Source: Patescibacteria group bacterium UBA2196
GTDB lineage: Bacteria > Patescibacteriota > Patescibacteriia > UBA2196
Direction: 5' to 3'
NCBI GenBank assembly: GCA_002328025.1
Contig: DCVE01000003.1
Span: 17,222-81,221, forward strand
Length of the DNA stretch: 64,000 bases
In this document: positions 59,107 to 64,000 of the stretch, piece by piece
Position numbering within the stretch: position 1 is the stretch's first letter
Layout of the letters: every line of letters begins with the position of its first letter
Made by a program: the position numbers and the translations under genes
Notes under the pieces: generated by a model
Told to the model about the DNA's origin: nothing
What the model saw: the letters and a program-made list of their open reading frames with translations, nothing else
Databases searched by the model: none

Positions 59107-62100
59107 TTATAAAACAATACTCACCAATTTTCCTTTTATATAAATAATTTTCTTAGGCTCTTGTCCATTTAGCCATCTCAAAACTTTTTCATTTTCCAAA
59201 ACTAATTTTTTAACTTCTGCTTCACTAATTTCTGTTGGCACTAGAATTTTCTCACGCACCTTACCATTAATTTGAACAACCAATTCAAATTCATCAGCTT
59301 GAATTAATTGCGGATCATATTCTGGCCAGTTTTCAAAAGTAATTGATTTCTCATGCCCCAAAATTTGCCACAATTCTTCAGCGATGTGTGGCGCAAAGGG
59401 CGACAAGAGAATAATGAATAATGAATAATGAATTATGGAAATCTCTTCTTGTTTTTCCAACTCATTTAATAAAATCATTAATTGGCTAACAGCTGTATTA
59501 AATTTCATCTCTTCAATATCTTCGCCAACTTTTTTTATGGTCTGATTTAAAATAATTTCTAAATTTCCATTTTTGTGTTCTGTTGTTTGAGTATTGAATT
59601 TTTCCTGTAAATTCCAAACTCTATTCAAAAACCGATACATTCCATTAACACTTTTATCTTCCCAAGCAATTGGTTGATCAAATGGTCCCATAAACATTTC
59701 ATAAATTCGCAAAGTATCAGCCCCATATTTTTTTACATACTCGTCGGGGTTAATAACATTGCCCTTGGACTTACTCATCTTGACTCCACCTTCGCCCAAA
59801 ATCATGCCGTGCGCTGTGCGCTTAGCATATGGTTCCACTCCACATTCTTTTGGTACTGCGCCAATATCATACAAAAATTTCCACACAAATCTGGAATACA
59901 AAAGATGCAGAGTGGTATGTTCCATCCCACCATTATACCAATCTACTGGCAACCAATATTTGGCACGCTCCGGATCAACCATCTGTTTGTTATTTTTTGG
60001 ATCAGTATAGCGAATAAAATACCAATTTGACCCAGCCCAATTAGGCATGACATCAGTTTCTCTTCTGGCTTCACCACCACAGACCGGACATTTTGTCTTT
60101 ATCCAACTTTCTACTTTAGCCAATGGTGAATCGCCTTCGTCTGTTGGTAGATAATCATCAATGTCTGGCAACACAATTGGCAAATTTTCATCCACATGCC
60201 AACCATAATTTAAAATCTCTCCCATATTTGATTCTTCAATAATTTTATTTAACAATTCAGGAAATTCATTCGTGCCCATATCATCAAAAACAAAGTGTCC
60301 TTTATGAAATTCAATTATTTCACCGCCCAAAGTTTCGTGCACTTTTTTTGCACTATTAATAATGTACTCGTCATCATTGTCTGAATAAAAAACCACCAGA
60401 TCATTAAAATAATTTTTCAATGATGAATCGAATTCAAAGTCTTTCAAATGACTATCAGACTCATATTTACCCGATTTTATTATTGATGGCGCCAACAAAA
60501 TCACCTTACCAACTTTTTTCTTATTTTCGACCAGCCAACGCAAAATAAAAGCAGTGCCAGCACTGTGACCGATTAAAATAGTATTTTCATTTATTTCATT
60601 TTTTTCAAAAACACTCTTCCATGCCTCATAATCGGGCATCCAGTCATTTGGGTAAAGTTCATTCGATGTTTTTATGCCAGTCTTTTCCAAATTCTCTTTA
60701 AGCCACGGTTTCCAATGTCGCAAATTTTCCGCCGGTTCTTCTTTTGCTTCTTCTTCTGACGTATTTGAACCATGCACAATTATACAATTCTTATTTGATT
60801 TTTTAATAGCATTTTCAATTAATTCACTCTCCTCTGCACATTTCTCACAATACACCATCGGGATCGGCTCACCCCAATATCTTTGCCTGGAAAAAATCCA
60901 GTCATGCAGTTTGTATTGAATTTGTTTTTTACCAATGTTTTTTTCTTCCAACCATTTTGTCATTTTAATAATCGCCTCGCTCGGTTTTAATCCATTTAAA
61001 AATTCCGAATTAACCATCACGCTAAAAGCGGTATCCACAAAAGCATAATTTTTTCGCAAAAATCTTTCTATGCCGATGGTGTTATAGGAATGGGTCATCT
61101 GTTTAATGGCCTCGTTCCTGTCCAGCCAAATAACTTCATGTTTTACATCTTCCGCTTCATCAAGCTCTTCTTTATTTTCATCAATTAACTCCAACAATAC
61201 CGGCTGATCAAATCGTTCGCGCCAGACATTTTTATTATCAGCGAAAAAATGCGACTCAACTTCTCCACCTAATCTTTCTAACGCCCTAACTCTGTATCCT
61301 GTTTCTTCAAAAACTTCTCTTTCAGCAGCCTGTTCTGGCGTCTCGTCGCCATCAATACCGCCTATAACTGGGGCAATCCAATTAAATTTTTTCCATTTAA
61401 TCAACAAAAATTTTTCATCTTTTTCATTATAAACAATGGCAGAAATAGTCCTTCGTGATTCCTCGTCATCATGCGGTTCACCAAATACAGGTCGAATTAC
61501 ATCAACGACCGGCAACGAATATTTATGCGCAAATTCAAAATCTCTTTCATCATGTGCCGGCACAGCCATAATGGCGCCTGTGCCATAACTCATCATCACA
61601 TAATCCGCCACAAAAATGGGAATTTCTTTATTATTGACAGGATTAATGGCTTTTATACCTTTCAATTCAACGCCAGTTTTTTCTTTATTCAAATCAGTTC
61701 TTTCTAATTCGTTTTTCTTCTGCGCTTCAATAATATATTCTTCGATTTCCTTACTATTTGTTATTTGCATTTTGAGTTTTGTCAGCAATTCATGTTCTGG
61801 CGCCACCACCATAAATGTCGCTCCAAACAAAGTATCTGGCCGCGTGGTAAATACAACCAGTTTATCGTCATCCCGAGGGAGTGCAACGACCGATGGGATC
61901 CCCCCGCTCTTCTCATTAATATCAGAATTGCCCGGAATAACAGAAAAAACAACTTCTGCTCCAACAGACTTTCCTATCCAATTCACCTGTTGTGTTTTTA
62001 TTCTGTCCAAATAATTTACTGTATCCAAATCTTCAATCAATCTATCCGCGTATTTAGTAATTTTTAAAACCCACTGCTCTTTTATTTTTTTCACCACCTC

Positions 62101-62643
62101 ACCGCCGCATCTTTCACACACACCATTGACCACTTCTTCATTAGCCAAACCAATTTTGCAACTGGTGCACCAATTAATAGTTTCTTTTTTCTTTTCAGCT
62201 AGTCCGTGCTTAAACATCTGCACAAAAATCCACTGTGTCCATTTGTAATACTCTTCATTAGTTGTAGAAAAAGATCGACTCCAATCAAAAGAAAAACCAG
62301 CTTCTTTGAGTTGTTTGGTAAAAGTAGCAATATTTTTGGCTGTGGCTTCTTGTGGTTTTATTTTTTTCTTAATCGCATAATTTTCTGTGGGTAAACCAAA
62401 AGCGTCAAAACCAATAGGGTATAAAACATTATAGCCCCGCATTCTCCTTTTACGACAAATAATATCCATGGCTGTATTGGAACGCAAATGCCCAGTGTGC
62501 AAGCCATCGCCCGATGGATAGGGAAATTCAATCAACCCATAAAACTTTTTTTTATTTATGTCCTCTCTCACTCTAAAAACTCGCTGGTCATCCCAGATTT
62601 TTTGCCATTTAGGCTCTATTTCTTGTGGTTTATATTTTATCAT
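59107..62643 (-). CDS. leuS: Leucine--tRNA ligase with inserted NUDIX and alpha/beta-hydrolase domains
   Basis: FPYPSGDGLHTGH, GFDAFGLP.EN, VFTTRPDTLFG, GTGAIMAVPAHDERDF, DWIFSRQRYWGEPIP, GGMEH..LHLLYSRF, KMSKS, VQINGKVR. Confidence 0.96.
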   Translation of the reverse strand: MIKYKPQEIEPKWQKIWDDQRVFRVREDINKKKFYGLIEFPYPSGDGLHTGHLRSNTAMDIICRKRRMRGYNVLYPIGFDAFGLPTENYAIKKKIKPQEATAKNIATFTKQLKEAGFSFDWSRSFSTTNEEYYKWTQWIFVQMFKHGLAEKKKETINWCTSCKIGLANEEVVNGVCERCGGEVVKKIKEQWVLKITKYADRLIEDLDTVNYLDRIKTQQVNWIGKSVGAEVVFSVIPGNSDINEKSGGIPSVVALPRDDDKLVVFTTRPDTLFGATFMVVAPEHELLTKLKMQITNSKEIEEYIIEAQKKNELERTDLNKEKTGVELKGIKAINPVNNKEIPIFVADYVMMSYGTGAIMAVPAHDERDFEFAHKYSLPVVDVIRPVFGEPHDDEESRRTISAIVYNEKDEKFLLIKWKKFNWIAPVIGGIDGDETPEQAAEREVFEETGYRVRALERLGGEVESHFFADNKNVWRERFDQPVLLELIDENKEELDEAEDVKHEVIWLDRNEAIKQMTHSYNTIGIERFLRKNYAFVDTAFSVMVNSEFLNGLKPSEAIIKMTKWLEEKNIGKKQIQYKLHDWIFSRQRYWGEPIPMVYCEKCAEESELIENAIKKSNKNCIIVHGSNTSEEEAKEEPAENLRHWKPWLKENLEKTGIKTSNELYPNDWMPDYEAWKSVFEKNEINENTILIGHSAGTAFILRWLVENKKKVGKVILLAPSIIKSGKYESDSHLKDFEFDSSLKNYFNDLVVFYSDNDDEYIINSAKKVHETLGGEIIEFHKGHFVFDDMGTNEFPELLNKIIEESNMGEILNYGWHVDENLPIVLPDIDDYLPTDEGDSPLAKVESWIKTKCPVCGGEARRETDVMPNWAGSNWYFIRYTDPKNNKQMVDPERAKYWLPVDWYNGGMEHTTLHLLYSRFVWKFLYDIGAVPKECGVEPYAKRTAHGMILGEGGVKMSKSKGNVINPDEYVKKYGADTLRIYEMFMGPFDQPIAWEDKSVNGMYRFLNRVWNLQEKFNTQTTEHKNGNLEIILNQTIKKVGEDIEEMKFNTAVSQLMILLNELEKQEEISIIHYSLFIILLSPFAPHIAEELWQILGHEKSITFENWPEYDPQLIQADEFELVVQINGKVREKILVPTEISEAEVKKLVLENEKVLRWLNGQEPKKIIYIKGKLVSIVL

Positions 62644-62702
62644 ATATATGTTCTTATTTTATCTAATTCAAGCTATTTTGGCAAATATTTTCTTCTTGAT
62701 AA

Positions 62703-64000
62703 TTGAAATTTAACCTAAAAAATGATACCATAAAAAAGACAGTTATTGTTATAAACCATATTTCTAATTACCTCAAAAAAATAACCCTCTCCTTCTTTAA
62801 CTCCTTCACCCGGAGTATAATTTTTGTTTTTAAGCTTTCAAAGCCGCTCTTTCATTTTTTTGCAACTCCTTTTAAGCATATCAGCCACTTTTTATTTAAA
62901 ATTACCATCTTGCCGGCTTATAAACTCTATTTAAAAATAAAAAACAAAAAAAAGACTGAAACCAGTTTACGCTTGGTGTTTTTAAACCTATTGCTTCACA
63001 AAAATCTCATTCATGTTTTAATCTTTTTTTTGGGTTTAATTGTTCTGATTAATAATATCAACACCCAATCGGTCTTGGCAGGAGATTTAGGTAAGGGTAG
63101 TGTTATTTTCTCTTTAGCGCGGGGTGATGAATTTGCTAACATCACCGACCATGCTATTACCACCACAGAAAATGCTAACAAAAAAAAACCTGCTCCTTTT
63201 AATTCAAACACCCCTCCCCAACCCTCTGTAGTCATAAACAAACTTACCACCTCCACTCCTGGCAGTATTTTTGATTCAGCTATCACCAAAAATACCCAAA
63301 TCATTGGACAAAGCGATTTTTTTGATTCCATGTTGGCACAAAACAATAATATCAACTCTGATGCACTTTCTAAAAAACTATCACCTGACACTATCAACAC
63401 ACCACCCACTCGACATTCGGTGGTTACTTACAGCATTGTTTCGGGTGACACAATTTCTTCCATTGCCCACCAGTTTAATATTTCCGTCAACACTATTTTA
63501 TGGGAAAACAACTTAACCGCCAACAGTATTTTAAAACTTGGTGCAACTTTACGTATTTTACCAACTAGCGGAATTAGTCACAAAGTCGTTAAAAACGAAA
63601 CTCTGGCTAGTATTGCCAAAAAATATTCAGTCAATCAGGAAGACATTATCACTACAAACAAATTATCTGCCACCGATACTTTAAAAATTGGCCAAGCATT
63701 AATTATTCCCGGCGGCCGGGCCATCACTACACCTAAAAAAACCACCAGTTTGGCTTCAGTCTTTAGCAAGAACACGACTGTTGCAGATTCTACAACGCGC
63801 AATACCAGCGGTTTTATCTGGCCAACTGTGTCTAAACACATTACCCAATATTATGGCTGGCGTCATAGCGGTCTAGATGTTGGTTCTAAACAAGGTTTAG
63901 CAATTTATGCCTCCCTGGATGGTAAAGTAATCACCGCCGGATGGACCAACACTGGTTATGGTAATTATGTTGTCATTGATCATGGTAGTGGTATAAAAAC
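62703..64000 (+). CDS. LysM-repeat / M23 peptidase (partial; start uncertain)
   Basis: Absent from the ORF track because it runs off the window. Frame open from TTG 62703: TM, YSIVSGDTISSIAHQFNISVNTILWEN, HKVVKNETLASIAKKY, GFIWPT...HSGLDVG...GYGNYVVIDHG. Confidence 0.9.
   Translation, partial: MKFNLKNDTIKKTVIVINHISNYLKKITLSFFNSFTRSIIFVFKLSKPLFHFFATPFKHISHFLFKITILPAYKLYLKIKNKKKTETSLRLVFLNLLLHKNLIHVLIFFLGLIVLINNINTQSVLAGDLGKGSVIFSLARGDEFANITDHAITTTENANKKKPAPFNSNTPPQPSVVINKLTTSTPGSIFDSAITKNTQIIGQSDFFDSMLAQNNNINSDALSKKLSPDTINTPPTRHSVVTYSIVSGDTISSIAHQFNISVNTILWENNLTANSILKLGATLRILPTSGISHKVVKNETLASIAKKYSVNQEDIITTNKLSATDTLKIGQALIIPGGRAITTPKKTTSLASVFSKNTTVADSTTRNTSGFIWPTVSKHITQYYGWRHSGLDVGSKQGLAIYASLDGKVITAGWTNTGYGNYVVIDHGSGIK

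Noticed and set aside
59107-62643. Inteins explaining the enlarged LeuRS
   Set aside because: The inserts lack intein C-terminal HN-[CST] and LAGLIDADG motifs, and match NUDIX and alpha/beta-hydrolase patterns instead.
883-63841. Many short ORF-track entries antisense to or nested in real genes (e.g. 883..1200, 9974..10441, 33108..33584, 56006..56599, 63011..63409)
   Set aside because: They are shadow frames overlapping well-supported CDSs and have no recognisable motifs.

Overview
This AT-rich window (genetic code 11, weak or absent Shine-Dalgarno sites) is chromosomal DNA. Its gene content points to a Patescibacteria/CPR bacterium of Parcubacteria/ABY1 type; the taxonomy is inferred. The left part holds small stress and membrane genes (SPFH, rubrerythrin, guaC, mscL, TspO, DedA, SWIB). 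These are followed by an ECF-sigma/anti-sigma/MacAB-type ABC exporter module next to tRNA-Asn, then FKBP-rpoD-dnaG, three more tRNAs and comF-clpC. From about 24.1 to 48.5 kb a co-oriented minus-strand locus encodes a CPR-type T4SS-like apparatus: VirB4, a VirB4-N/TrsD-like protein, PrgI, a VirB6/TrbL-like protein and a pilin. The same locus encodes giant Cys-rich surface proteins and two membrane-anchored proteins carrying three cohesin-like modules. About 2 kb upstream are two large exported glycoside-hydrolase-like proteins that each carry a closely related dockerin-like module. Together these suggest a cellulosome-like cohesin-dockerin surface complex tied to the T4SS-like locus, which is the main candidate novel system. 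A second layer is a set of small repeat elements: a four-helix-bundle (Avd/23S-IVP-like) gene enclosed in inverted heptamer-repeat arms, with gene-less copies of those arms at neighbouring gene junctions; in-frame palindromic insertions in rsmA, tsaC and leuS; and a tRNA-Glu relic interrupted twice by a 30-bp double hairpin. LeuRS carries inserted NUDIX and alpha/beta-hydrolase domains. All domain calls come from visual motif recognition; no searches were run.
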